DNA of 64,000 bases from an uncultured Alphaproteobacteria bacterium (lineage in GTDB: Bacteria > Pseudomonadota > Alphaproteobacteria > CAAHEQ01 > UBA3637): the NCBI GenBank assembly GCA_944391735.1, contig CALXUR010000005.1:6428-70427 (forward strand), in the 5' to 3' direction. Shown in pieces: positions 35,898-46,617 of this stretch. The position numbers and the translations under genes were made by a program. Below the pieces are notes generated by a model. The model searched no databases. It worked only from the letters and a program-made list of their open reading frames with translations, and was not told where the DNA came from. Each line of letters begins with the position of its first letter. Position 1 is the first letter of the stretch.

Positions 35898-37799
35898 TTA
35901 TTCGACATCAGATGAGTAAATCGAAAAAATTTTTCGAACTTCAGCTTCATTAACAGAAACACCGAAAGTATCCGCGTAGGAAGAGACAATATCACCCATC
36001 AGCTCTGTTCCGATCGCGTCTTTCAAAGATGCTTCCACCTGACGATAAGCATCTCCCCCCTCTTTCAAATCGGGATATGAAACTCGATTTGTAACAGCGA
36101 TTAAAATCCCCTTCGAAACCGGAATCATGATCGCGTTTTCTACCCCTGTCTTTTGCATAAAGACATCGGAAACGGCTTCCCGCGGCAAACGGTCAAAGTC
36201 TTCCCGACTGATATTATTCGCTTGAATAATTTCAAAATTACCAAAGACACCCTGCGCAGATAAAGACTCTCCCTTATGAATCCGATCTAATATTTGATCG
36301 GCTGTTTTTTCAAGTTGATCCTTCTGTTGTTCTGACGTCCACAAACGCACCAAGTCGGAACGAACATCTTTAAACTCTTTTTGGGAAACAGGAATAATAT
36401 CCGTCAATTGAGCGACAAGGTATCCCGTACCGTTTTCAATTAACGGAGTTGTGTCACCTTTTTGAATCGTAAACACATTTTGAAGCATCTCTTTATTGTT
36501 GACATCTTCGGATAATGTTGTTCCATCGGCCGAAACACCGGACACGTCAACACGATCAATTGTCAAAAGAGGTAAATCCAGTTGCTCCGAAACGCGCTCC
36601 AAAGAATCACCGGCACCTAAAATATCCTCAATCTGCTTAACGGTTTCATACATCGTGTCATATGTTTTTTCCCGTGCCAAAGATGTTCTGATTTCCGAAC
36701 GGATTTCTTTTTCCGGTATTGTCTTGGCCGCTTGAATATCACGAACTAATAACACGTGCCACCCCAAAGGACTTTCAACCGGACCGACAATCTGATTACG
36801 GGAAGCCGTAAAAACGGGGTCCATCAACTCTTCCAATAATTCATCCCGAATGATATATCCGAAATCCGTTTGTTCAGATGTCTGCCCCAACTTATCCGCC
36901 GCGACCTTCGCAAAATTATCAGGAGTCAACCCCTGAAGTGCCGAACGCGCGGCAGCTTCTGTTTCAAAGCGCATCTGACTGACCGCCCGTTTTTCGGGAG
37001 TTGTATATTGATTTTTCCGCTCATTATAAACAGCGTCTATTTCTTGATCGGATACCTGCACCCGGTTTAACATCATTTCCGGAGTCAAACGAACCACGTT
37101 GAATGAACGATACTCCGGTGCCATAAATTGATCCGAATAAGCTTCAAAATAATCTTTTAAATCGGTATCCGTCGGTTGTTTGTTTAATTGAATCTTATCC
37201 GTTTCAATCAATAAAGCCGCCACATCCCGCTTTTCATTTTGATATTTATACGTTAACCGAACCAATTTTTCCGGCGCATACGCAATGCTTTTAACGGCAT
37301 ATGCCAAGTGTTGCATCGCCAATTCGCTTTGAAGCTTTTCGGCCAATTCCGACTCCGTCATTTTAACCTGACGCAAATAAGCATAAAATAAATTTTTATC
37401 AAATTTACCCAAAGCATCCGCAAAAGCAGGATTATTTTCAACATATTTTTGAACAGCCGCGTTTGAAGCCGTCAATCCCAAAGACTCCTTGACTTCATCA
37501 TTGATTAACGTATTGACCTGCTGCCGCACAACCTGAGCCGCCAATCCCATTTCAACGGCCTTTTTCGGTGAAATATATCCGCCCGCCAATCCGTTTAATT
37601 TCTGCCGCTCTTGCTCAAAAGCCTGTAACAATTGATTCGCTGCCACTTTTTTATTTCCGACACGAACAGCCTCATCGGAATAACGCGTTGTGTTAGAAAG
37701 TCCGCCAATTCCCCAAAAAGCAACCATACTTAACGCCAAAACGGTAAAAATACCTTTTGCGACCCAGCTGTTCCCCACTTTATTAAAAAATATCATCAT
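35898..37799 (-). CDS. PpiD-like periplasmic chaperone (SurA-N + parvulin domains)
   Basis: N-terminal TM anchor, SurA_N-like region, GPVESPLGWHV parvulin motif. Confidence 0.85.
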   Translation of the reverse strand: MMIFFNKVGNSWVAKGIFTVLALSMVAFWGIGGLSNTTRYSDEAVRVGNKKVAANQLLQAFEQERQKLNGLAGGYISPKKAVEMGLAAQVVRQQVNTLINDEVKESLGLTASNAAVQKYVENNPAFADALGKFDKNLFYAYLRQVKMTESELAEKLQSELAMQHLAYAVKSIAYAPEKLVRLTYKYQNEKRDVAALLIETDKIQLNKQPTDTDLKDYFEAYSDQFMAPEYRSFNVVRLTPEMMLNRVQVSDQEIDAVYNERKNQYTTPEKRAVSQMRFETEAAARSALQGLTPDNFAKVAADKLGQTSEQTDFGYIIRDELLEELMDPVFTASRNQIVGPVESPLGWHVLLVRDIQAAKTIPEKEIRSEIRTSLAREKTYDTMYETVKQIEDILGAGDSLERVSEQLDLPLLTIDRVDVSGVSADGTTLSEDVNNKEMLQNVFTIQKGDTTPLIENGTGYLVAQLTDIIPVSQKEFKDVRSDLVRLWTSEQQKDQLEKTADQILDRIHKGESLSAQGVFGNFEIIQANNISREDFDRLPREAVSDVFMQKTGVENAIMIPVSKGILIAVTNRVSYPDLKEGGDAYRQVEASLKDAIGTELMGDIVSSYADTFGVSVNEAEVRKIFSIYSSDVE

Positions 37800-37871
37800 G
37801 ACGTTTATTCCCCTCTATGACTTGAATTAAATTTGTTATAACCTAAAACACATTTTTTGACAAGCTCTTTT

Positions 37872-40355
37872 CTATTTCTGATGCATTTTAGCCTGCAACA
37901 GATCAATGGCTTCCGCCAATGACGGTATAGCGTCTTTCTTTTTAACCGAAGCCATAATCTTACCGCATTTCACATACGGACCATAACGCCCGATCTGATA
38001 AGTGACCTCTTCTCTTTCCCATTTCCCGAGTGTTGTTACTTTTTGTTTTTCCGTCGCCTGACTCAGTAATGTCAATGCACGCGCCAAATCAACCGTCAAC
38101 ACATCATCCGAAGGTTCCAAAGACTTATACGTTTTTCCACGGCGAACATAGGGTCCGAATTTACCCAAACCGGCTTCTATCACTTCATTTGTATCAGGGT
38201 CATTTCCTAAAGGACGCGGTAAAGATAACAAAGACAGAGCCTTTTGAATGTCAACACTGTCGGGTGCCGTTCCTTTCGGAAGCCCGATTCTTTTGACGTC
38301 TTTCCCGCTTCCAAGCTGAACATACCAACCGTAAGGGCCTTTCCGCACAGTGACATCCGCGCCGGCAGCATCTTTTCCCAACTCAAAAATTTGCTTTTCC
38401 GACGGATTTTCTTCTATCAACTGACCGTTTTCATCCCGCGGCGCATCAATGCTTGCAAATTGCTTGGTATATTTACACTCCGGATAATTTGAACAACCGA
38501 TAAACGCGCCAAATCGCCCGACATGTAAAGAAAGTTTGCCTGTCTTACATTCGGGACAAACACGAGATTCCTCCGTCGGAAAAAGATGTTTTTCCAGCGA
38601 CTTGGAAACAGTTTCCAGCACCTCTCCCATTTTATGGGGCTCAACATCTTTGACCGTTGCGTCAAAGTTCTTCCAAAAGTCCCCCAAAACCTGTTTCCAT
38701 TGAAGTTGTCCGTTTGTAATATCATCCAGTTTATTTTCCAAATTAGCCGTATAATCATACTGCACATACTGGTTAAAATAGTTTTCCAGAAAAGCCGTTA
38801 CGATTCGACCGCGATCTTCCGGAATAAATCGCTTGGATACCAACTTAACATAAGCGCGTTCCTGTAAAACAGACAAAATCGTCGCATAGGTTGAAGGCCG
38901 GCCGATTCCCAATTCTTCCAATTTTTTAACCAGACTGGCTTCGGAAAAGCGCGGCGGCGGCTCGGTAAAATGCTGTTCAGCCAACACATCCAACGTTTTC
39001 AAGGCCTCACCTTCATTCATTACGGGCAACAATGTATTTTCATCTTCGGATTTGGCATCGTCAATATCCTCTTTATAGACTTTAATAAACCCCGGAAAAG
39101 AAATGGTCTGTCCCGTAGCGCGCAACTGAACACTGCCGTCATCGGCCGGAATGTCAATCCCGACTTTATCTAAAACCGCACTTTCCATTTGACAAGCAAT
39201 CGTTCTTTTCCAAATCAACTCATACAATTTACGCTGATCCGGTGTTAAAAAAGAGCCGATTTTTTCCGGAGTCCGAGCCACATTTGTCGGACGAATGGCT
39301 TCGTGAGCCTCTTGTGCGTTTTTAGAATTATTTTTATAAAAACGCGGCTTTTCGGGAACATATTCTTTACCGTATGCCTGTTCAATTAATGTTCGAGCCG
39401 CTGTAACAGCCTCATTCGATAATGCAACACTGTCTGTACGCATATATGTAATCAAACCGGCTGTTTCTCCGCCGATATCAACACCTTCATATAAATTCTG
39501 CGCAATTTGCATTGTTTTTTTTGCGGCAAATCCCAATTTACGAGATGCTTCTTGTTGTAAAGTCGATGTCGTGAATGCCGGCGCGGGGTTGCGTTTGACC
39601 TGCTTGCGTTCAATCGCACCAACCCGGAAAGAGGCCGATTCAACCTGCCGTTTGACTTCCTCTGTAATCGCGCCGTTTCCCAAATCAAACTTTGTCAGCT
39701 TTTTTCCTTTGACATGAGAGAGTTTTGCCCGGAACTTTTCAGAGCGAATCGTATCCAGATCAACATCAATACTCCAATACTCCTGCGGTTTAAAAGCTGT
39801 GATTTCATCTTCACGCTCACAAATTAAGCGTAACGCGACGGATTGCACCCGACCGGCCGATTTAGCCCCCGGCAACTTTCGCCATAATAACGGAGAGATA
39901 TAAAATCCGACAAGGTAATCCAAAGCACGCCGCGCCAAATACGCGTCCACAAGTTGCATATCTATCTCGCGCGGGGATTTCATGGCTTCCAGAATAGCCG
40001 ACTTTGTAATCTCATGAAAAACCACACGATAAACGGGAAGATTCGCCGGCAGTTTTTTTCTTCTTTTTAATTCCTGCAACACATGCCACGCAATCGCTTC
40101 CCCTTCCCGATCAGGGTCGGAAGCCAAATATAATGCGTCGGCTTTGGACAGTGCCTGAACAATTTCGCGAACAACCTTTTCGGCACGCGGTTGAATTTCC
40201 CAATCCATTGCAAAATCTTCATCCGGACGCACGGAGCCATTTTTGGCCGGCACATCACGAATATGTCCGAAACTTGCTTTGACCAAATAATCCTTTCCTA
40301 AATATTTATTAATTGTCTTTGCCTTTGACGGAGACTCCACAATGACAAGTTTCAT
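37872..40355 (-). CDS. topA: DNA topoisomerase I
   Basis: IVESPSKA, DPDREGEAI, SAGRVQS, GLITYMRTDS, GIGRPSTY. Confidence 0.98.
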   Translation of the reverse strand: MKLVIVESPSKAKTINKYLGKDYLVKASFGHIRDVPAKNGSVRPDEDFAMDWEIQPRAEKVVREIVQALSKADALYLASDPDREGEAIAWHVLQELKRRKKLPANLPVYRVVFHEITKSAILEAMKSPREIDMQLVDAYLARRALDYLVGFYISPLLWRKLPGAKSAGRVQSVALRLICEREDEITAFKPQEYWSIDVDLDTIRSEKFRAKLSHVKGKKLTKFDLGNGAITEEVKRQVESASFRVGAIERKQVKRNPAPAFTTSTLQQEASRKLGFAAKKTMQIAQNLYEGVDIGGETAGLITYMRTDSVALSNEAVTAARTLIEQAYGKEYVPEKPRFYKNNSKNAQEAHEAIRPTNVARTPEKIGSFLTPDQRKLYELIWKRTIACQMESAVLDKVGIDIPADDGSVQLRATGQTISFPGFIKVYKEDIDDAKSEDENTLLPVMNEGEALKTLDVLAEQHFTEPPPRFSEASLVKKLEELGIGRPSTYATILSVLQERAYVKLVSKRFIPEDRGRIVTAFLENYFNQYVQYDYTANLENKLDDITNGQLQWKQVLGDFWKNFDATVKDVEPHKMGEVLETVSKSLEKHLFPTEESRVCPECKTGKLSLHVGRFGAFIGCSNYPECKYTKQFASIDAPRDENGQLIEENPSEKQIFELGKDAAGADVTVRKGPYGWYVQLGSGKDVKRIGLPKGTAPDSVDIQKALSLLSLPRPLGNDPDTNEVIEAGLGKFGPYVRRGKTYKSLEPSDDVLTVDLARALTLLSQATEKQKVTTLGKWEREEVTYQIGRYGPYVKCGKIMASVKKKDAIPSLAEAIDLLQAKMHQK

Positions 40356-40358
40356 TTT

Positions 40359-41486
40359 TTACTCCCCAGAATAAATCAAAGAAACACGGTTTCCCGGGTA
40401 ACGTTCCAATCGCCCGGCCAGTTCCAATTCAACTAAAATAATGTTAATTAAACGAACATCAAGTCCTGTCTCACTAACAAAACGATCAACAGACACCATT
40501 TCCGGCCCCAAATTCCGAACAACAGTATCCCGCGCAGAAGATACAATATCATCGTTAATCGGCTCCGGTTCAAAAAACATGTCCATATCCGGCTCGCTTA
40601 ATGAAAATGTTTGTAAATTTTCAAGCGAAGCGATAATGTCCTTGGACGTTTCAACCAGTATAGCCCCATCCCGAATAAGCGCATTCGGTCCCGCACTGCG
40701 TGGATCAACCGGGGAACCGGGAACGGCAAAAACCTCTCGCCCCTGATTCAATGCTTCCCGTGCCGTAATTAATGAGCCGGAACGTTCTTGGGCTTCAATA
40801 ACTACTGTTCCCAAGGATAGCCCCGCTATAATTCGGTTACGACGCGGAAAATTACGTGGGGACAAAATCGTGCGGAAAGGAAATTCAGACACCAAACAAC
40901 CGTATCGACTGATTTCCGTATAAATATCTTTATTTTCATCAGGATACACCTCATCAACCGCCGTCCCCAGAACCGCTGTCGTTGCCGGCCGATCTTCCAC
41001 GGCAGTCAAAGCCCCCTGATGCGCGGATCGGTCTATTCCTCGAGCCATACCGGAAACAACATTGTATCCTTGTTCTGCCAATTCACACCCGAACCGTTTG
41101 GCCAATCCCTTTCCGTTTAATGAAGCGTTGCGTGTGCCCACAATGGATACTGCCGGTTTATCCAGAGCACTTACCTGTCCCTTCACAAACAAAATAGGGG
41201 GCGCATCAATTGTTCTCTTTAACAACTTCGGGTAATTAGCCTCTCTGAAAAACATCAGTTGAACACCATTTTTTTCGGCCTGCTCCAACTGCTTTTCGGC
41301 CTGATCGACTGTCGCGGCAATAATCGGCTTTTTCCGTCCTCCGCGACGCGCCAGATCATCTATGTGTTTAATGGCTTCGGTTGCCGTTCCATAAAAAGAT
41401 AATAATTGATTAAAGGTAATAGGTCCTACATTTTCACTTAAAATCAATCGAATCCAATTTATTTTTTCTTCATTTGAGAGTATCAT
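40359..41486 (-). CDS. dprA: DNA-processing protein DprA
   Basis: IVGTRNAS, VSGMARGID, FPRRNRIIAGL, SGSLITA, FAVPGSP. Confidence 0.96.
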   Translation of the reverse strand: MILSNEEKINWIRLILSENVGPITFNQLLSFYGTATEAIKHIDDLARRGGRKKPIIAATVDQAEKQLEQAEKNGVQLMFFREANYPKLLKRTIDAPPILFVKGQVSALDKPAVSIVGTRNASLNGKGLAKRFGCELAEQGYNVVSGMARGIDRSAHQGALTAVEDRPATTAVLGTAVDEVYPDENKDIYTEISRYGCLVSEFPFRTILSPRNFPRRNRIIAGLSLGTVVIEAQERSGSLITAREALNQGREVFAVPGSPVDPRSAGPNALIRDGAILVETSKDIIASLENLQTFSLSEPDMDMFFEPEPINDDIVSSARDTVVRNLGPEMVSVDRFVSETGLDVRLINIILVELELAGRLERYPGNRVSLIYSGE

Positions 41487-42088
41487 TTTTCTTCCTTTTT
41501 TAATTTAATCTTGGTTTCCTCTCCTCGTATCAAGCGTTGGATATTGCCTCTGTGCTGATAACAGGATAACAGTGCTAAAACGCCGAAACAAACCACGGCA
41601 ACAGGAGACGCCCAAATAACAGCGTAAAGAGGCGCAAGACATAACGCCGTCAAAGCGGCCAAAGAAGAATAACGGAACAAAACGGCTATGACAAGCCAAC
41701 TCAAACACGTCATTACCCCGACCAAAGGTGTAACAACAAGCATCATTCCCAAGGTGGAAGCAACACCCTTTCCCCCTTTAAAGTGCAACCAAACCGGATA
41801 ATTATGTCCGATAACAGCCATAAACCCGGCTATCAGTCCCGCTGTTTCGGATTGAAACACCATCTCACAAACAAACGCCGACAACCCTGCCTTACCTAAA
41901 TCAAAAAGCAAAGTCAGGAAAGCCAGATCTTTTCGCCCGGTTCGCAAAACGTTTGTTGCCCCGATATTACCCGATCCGATTTTCCTGATATCACCGAGTC
42001 CCGCCCACCGCGTAATCACGAGACCGAAAGGAACAGACCCAAGCAAATACCCAAAAACCAAAGAAAATATAACGGGGAACATTTCCAA
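41483..42088 (-). CDS. plsY: Glycerol-3-phosphate acyltransferase
   Basis: YLLGSVPFG, GSGNIGATNVLR, GHNYPVWL.FKGGKGVA. Confidence 0.96.
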   Translation of the reverse strand: MEMFPVIFSLVFGYLLGSVPFGLVITRWAGLGDIRKIGSGNIGATNVLRTGRKDLAFLTLLFDLGKAGLSAFVCEMVFQSETAGLIAGFMAVIGHNYPVWLHFKGGKGVASTLGMMLVVTPLVGVMTCLSWLVIAVLFRYSSLAALTALCLAPLYAVIWASPVAVVCFGVLALLSCYQHRGNIQRLIRGEETKIKLKKEEK

Positions 42089-42183
42089 CTCCTTTATGAA
42101 AGTGACACACTATTGTAACGTAATATCATTAAAAGGCAAGAAAAAAAAGAAAAGGCGCGGCTTTTATCTTTTTTCCTATTAAA

Positions 42184-43947
42184 TTACAAAGACTTGGCAG
42201 CATCTTGAATTTGAAACTGAATTTTTGTCTGACCACGCCATGAATCCAACTTCAAAATACCGGCCACATGAAAATAGGAATTACAGGATGTCAACAATTG
42301 ATGTCCCAACTCCGTATCTGATGCCCGAAAAGCAATTGCCTGAAGATATAAACCGCCCCGACCGGACAAGGTGCATCCGATGTGCCCGTTTTTTAATAAC
42401 GTGCAACGACTGACCATCACATCTTTAATCACGAAACGAGGCTCCGGATTGGCTTCACCGAACGGTGCCAACAAATTAATCTGACGAACCAAGTCGGCTG
42501 TTGCCCCGCCGATATCCAAAATACCGTCTATTTCCAGAGTCGAAGATCTGTTCTGTGTCATATCCGGCGTGATGTTTTCTTTCAAATACATATAAAAATC
42601 ATTTAATCTTTCTTTTTTCAAAGAAAATCCGGCCGCCATCGGATGTCCGCCGCCGCGCGACAAAATGCCCTTACCGATCGCATTCATAACCAACGCCCCC
42701 AAATCAACCCCCTGAACCGATCGAGACGATCCTTTGACCTCGTCTCCTTCTATGCTTAACGCAAACACCGGTAAATTGTAACGATCTTTTAAACGACCGG
42801 CCACAATACCAACCACACCCTGATGCCACAATTCACCTTTTACAAAAACAAACGGATCCGATTCCGGCCTGCTTTCGGCTTGTTCTATCGCTTCCAATAA
42901 TACGGCGGCCTCAATATCCCGCCGTTGTAAATTTAATTCTTCCAGTGTATGAGCTAAAACAGATGCCTGAATATTATCTTGACATGACAACAGTTGCATC
43001 CCGATATCAGATTGCCCGACGCGTCCGCAGGCATTGACGCGGGGTCCGAACACATATCCTAAATGATAAGCGGAAGGAGGTTCGGATAACCCGACCAACT
43101 CCGCCAAGGCCGCTATACCTTTGTTCTCACCTTTTCTCATCTGATTCAGACCCGCTTTAACAAATAAACGGTTGACACCTTGTAAACGAACAACATCACA
43201 AACGGTTCCAAAAGCAACCAAATCCAGAAAACGCATCAAATTCGGTTCCGGTCTCTTTGCATAAAAACCTCGTTCTCTTAAAATAGTATTAAGTGCGACT
43301 GTAAACAGGAAAACAACACCGACAGCCGCCATATAGTGACACGGATGCGTTACAGGCTCATCCAACCGCTTGGGATTAACAACGGCATACGCATTCGGAA
43401 GACTCTGTTCCGCATCGTGATGATCCAAAACAATAATGTCCAAGCCCAATTTGACACCGGCGTCAATCGGGTCAAAAGCCGTCATACCGCAATCCAAAGT
43501 AGCGACCAAACGGCAGCCCTTATCATAAAATTCTTTCATTTTCAAAGCATTGGGACCATATCCCTCTTCCCGTTCGGGGATAAAGGTATAAACGGGAACG
43601 CCTATTTCCTCCAAAAACATCTTTAACAGTGCCGTTGATGTAGCACCATCCACATCATAGTCCCCCATTAAGCCGATCGGCTCTTTTGCTTCAATCGCAT
43701 CCGCCATCCGTCGGGCAGCCTTTTCCATATCTTTCAAAGACAGCGGGTTCGGCAAATTATGCTTTAGTGTCGGGTATAAAAAAGAATCGGCACTCTCCAA
43801 ATCAATACCGCGTGACGCCAAAATCCGGGCAACAACCTCCGGCAAATCAAATCGTTGAGCCAAAGCCGCCGCCAAACGGGCGTCTGTCGGCTGCATCTCC
43901 CAAGTCAATCCATTCAATGAACACGTTACATCCAAAACAGCCATCAA
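42184..43947 (-). CDS. recJ: Single-stranded-DNA exonuclease RecJ
   Basis: GDYDVDG, DCG, LDHH, GTVCDVV, GPRVNACGR, GGGHPMAAG. Confidence 0.96.
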   Translation of the reverse strand: MMAVLDVTCSLNGLTWEMQPTDARLAAALAQRFDLPEVVARILASRGIDLESADSFLYPTLKHNLPNPLSLKDMEKAARRMADAIEAKEPIGLMGDYDVDGATSTALLKMFLEEIGVPVYTFIPEREEGYGPNALKMKEFYDKGCRLVATLDCGMTAFDPIDAGVKLGLDIIVLDHHDAEQSLPNAYAVVNPKRLDEPVTHPCHYMAAVGVVFLFTVALNTILRERGFYAKRPEPNLMRFLDLVAFGTVCDVVRLQGVNRLFVKAGLNQMRKGENKGIAALAELVGLSEPPSAYHLGYVFGPRVNACGRVGQSDIGMQLLSCQDNIQASVLAHTLEELNLQRRDIEAAVLLEAIEQAESRPESDPFVFVKGELWHQGVVGIVAGRLKDRYNLPVFALSIEGDEVKGSSRSVQGVDLGALVMNAIGKGILSRGGGHPMAAGFSLKKERLNDFYMYLKENITPDMTQNRSSTLEIDGILDIGGATADLVRQINLLAPFGEANPEPRFVIKDVMVSRCTLLKNGHIGCTLSGRGGLYLQAIAFRASDTELGHQLLTSCNSYFHVAGILKLDSWRGQTKIQFQIQDAAKSL

Positions 43948-44023
43948 TCAACCTTTCTTCTTCTTTCCTTTTTAGGATACTTTTTTTAAAATTCAAAATC
44001 AAGAAAAAAATCTATGAAAAAGC

Positions 44024-44052
44024 TTGCAAAGCAAAAACAGCTCGTTTATACT
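44024..44052 (+). promoter_or_regulatory. Sigma-70 promoter of glgA-ddh
   Basis: TTGCAA-17 bp-TATACT. Confidence 0.6.
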
Positions 44053-44086
44053 GACTTCAAACAATGAGGAGTATAAGGAGACAAAA

Positions 44087-45550
44087 ATGAGTCAAAATAT
44101 CTTGTTCATAGCCAGTGAAATGACCCCCTTCATTAAAACCGGCGGATTAGGTGATGTTGTGGGGTCTCTGCCGAAATCGTTGATACATGAAGATGTTCAT
44201 GTCAAAGTAATCATTCCGCTTTATTCCGGCATTAATTATCAAAAATACGGATTATTCAAGGTAATGGAAGGCAATTGCGTCGAAATGGGCAATTGCCATG
44301 AATTTTTTTGTGTGCACCAATCCAATTATATTCCCAGCGTTGAAACTTATTTCATTGAGTTTAATAAGTATTTTGACCGAAACGGTGTCTATGATGATAA
44401 ATGGAGTCATACGGCTTATCAGGATAATGCCTACAGATACGCTTTCTTTTGCCGTGCGGCACTTCAGGTTTCAAAAGATTTAGGCTATCGACCGGACGTT
44501 ATTCATGTTCATGATTGGCAAACCTCTTTAATTCCTTATTATATTAAGCATGATCATGATCCGTTCTTTGCTCGGACAAAATCGCTTTTGACCATCCACA
44601 ACCTGCCATATCAAGGTCGTTTTCCTTCAGATGTCGTGCCTTATGCCAAAATAGATTGGTCAGATTTCCATGCCGGTGCCTTTGAAGATTACGGATGCAT
44701 TAATTTCTTAAAAGGCGGATTGCGTTTCGCGGATAAATTAAACACCGTATCCCCCAATTACGCGCATGAAATCCTAACGCCGGAATTCGGTGCCGGACTG
44801 GATTTCCTGCTTCGGGAAAGACAAAATGATTTGTGCGGCATTTTAAACGGTATTGACACACAGCTTTGGAACCCCTCAAAAGACCTGATTATTCCGGAAC
44901 GTTATTCGGCCGATTCATTCACCAAGGGCAAACAACGCAACAAAGAAGAACTTGTCCGCCGAACGGGATTATCCAGCACGTCTCAACCGATTTTCGGAAT
45001 GGCCGTGCGCCTGGCCGAACAAAAGGGGATCGGTATGTTGTCACAATGTATCGAGCCTGTTTTAAACACCATGCAATGTCAATTCGTGATTATGGGTCAA
45101 GGCGATCAATGGGCTCAAAATTATTTTGAATCTCTGCCTAAAAAATACCCGGGACGGATTTCGGTTCAAATCGGATTTGATCCCGAAATGGAACATTGGA
45201 TTGACGCGGGCAGTGATTTTTCGCTGGTTCCTTCTATTTACGAACCGTGCGGTTTAAAACAAATGGTCAGTCAAACCTATGGCGCCCTGCCCGTCGGTAG
45301 AGCGACCGGTGGTCTGGATGATACAATTTATAATTACAATGAATACTATGGGGTCGGAACAGGATTTAAATTCAAAGATATTTCCCCTATGGCGTTGTAT
45401 AACACTATCGGTTGGGCAAACGCAACATATTTCGACCGCCCGGAACACATCAACACAATGCGTCATTTGGCCATGAAACAAAATTATTCCTGGTCAAAAT
45501 CATCAAATGACTATAAAAAACTGTATCAAAAAATGTCTGGAGGATATTAA
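44087..45550 (+). CDS. glgA: Glycogen synthase
   Basis: KTGGLGDV, HVHDWQT, TIHNL, NGID, PSIYEPCGL. Start at MSQN. Confidence 0.95.
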   Translation: MSQNILFIASEMTPFIKTGGLGDVVGSLPKSLIHEDVHVKVIIPLYSGINYQKYGLFKVMEGNCVEMGNCHEFFCVHQSNYIPSVETYFIEFNKYFDRNGVYDDKWSHTAYQDNAYRYAFFCRAALQVSKDLGYRPDVIHVHDWQTSLIPYYIKHDHDPFFARTKSLLTIHNLPYQGRFPSDVVPYAKIDWSDFHAGAFEDYGCINFLKGGLRFADKLNTVSPNYAHEILTPEFGAGLDFLLRERQNDLCGILNGIDTQLWNPSKDLIIPERYSADSFTKGKQRNKEELVRRTGLSSTSQPIFGMAVRLAEQKGIGMLSQCIEPVLNTMQCQFVIMGQGDQWAQNYFESLPKKYPGRISVQIGFDPEMEHWIDAGSDFSLVPSIYEPCGLKQMVSQTYGALPVGRATGGLDDTIYNYNEYYGVGTGFKFKDISPMALYNTIGWANATYFDRPEHINTMRHLAMKQNYSWSKSSNDYKKLYQKMSGGY

Positions 45551-46458
45551 TGCAAAAAATTTCTGTCGCAATTATCGGATGGGGAAACGTCGGACGCGGA
45601 TGTAAGCGTGCCATTGCCGAAAGTTCCGATTTATATCTGGCGGGCGTTGTTCGGCGTCCGGCTTCATTGGCAAAACACGATCCCAGTTTGGAAAACACGC
45701 ACGTTGTTGACGATATCACAAAACTGGATAAAGTGGATGTCGCTCTTTTGTGTATTCCATCACGGGAAGTGCCGGAACGAATCAAAGAATATCAAAATCT
45801 TGGGATTTGCACGGTTGACAGTTTTGATGAGCATGACCGTATTCCGGGCTTAAAAAAAGAATTGGATATCATTGCAAAATCAAAAAAAGTGGTTTCCATT
45901 TTTGCAACCGGTTGGGATCCGGGTACCGATTCCGGTATTCGAGCCATTATGAAAATCGCCTCTATTACCGGCCACACAACAACGACTTTTGGCGGTAAAA
46001 AAGGCGGTCGAAGCATGGGGCATACCGCCGCCGTTAAAGCGATTGAGGGTGTTAAAGATGCCGTGGCTTTGACTTTGGCAAACGGTCGGGGCAAACAAAA
46101 GCGTCAGGTTTACGTTGAACTTTTGCCCGGATTTGATGCAGATGTTATAGAACAAGCAATTAAAAGCGATGCCTATTTCAAAAATGACCCGACAGAAGTT
46201 AAATTTGTGAAGAATATTAACAAATATAACACACTTCATCATGAAGGTGAGGTAGAACGAACCGGCATGCAGGTCAATCAAATTTACACAGCCGAGGGAA
46301 ATAATCCCGAATGGACCGCCAATATTATGGTGTCTTGTATCAGAGCCTGCATTTCATCACGGGATCGAGGTGAATACGGAACATATACGTTTATTGAACG
46401 TCCGTTGATTGACTATTTGCCCGGTAAAACATTGGATGAAAAATTAGAGGGATATTAA
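45550..46458 (+). CDS. ddh: meso-diaminopimelate dehydrogenase
   Basis: IIGWGNVG, TVDSFD, GWDPGTDS, SMGHTAAVKAIEGV.DA. Confidence 0.88.
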   Translation: MQKISVAIIGWGNVGRGCKRAIAESSDLYLAGVVRRPASLAKHDPSLENTHVVDDITKLDKVDVALLCIPSREVPERIKEYQNLGICTVDSFDEHDRIPGLKKELDIIAKSKKVVSIFATGWDPGTDSGIRAIMKIASITGHTTTTFGGKKGGRSMGHTAAVKAIEGVKDAVALTLANGRGKQKRQVYVELLPGFDADVIEQAIKSDAYFKNDPTEVKFVKNINKYNTLHHEGEVERTGMQVNQIYTAEGNNPEWTANIMVSCIRACISSRDRGEYGTYTFIERPLIDYLPGKTLDEKLEGY

Positions 46459-46617
46459 CAAACTTCATTTAACTTAAAACTTCGGCAATTCTGCCGAAGT
46501 TTTTTTATGGTTGTTCGATTCACATAAGTACATCGTACCCGAACAGAATAACCATCGGGATTATAATAAACCACCATCGGATTTCTCCGATAGTGGTTTC
46601 GACACGGCCCGTCGTTT

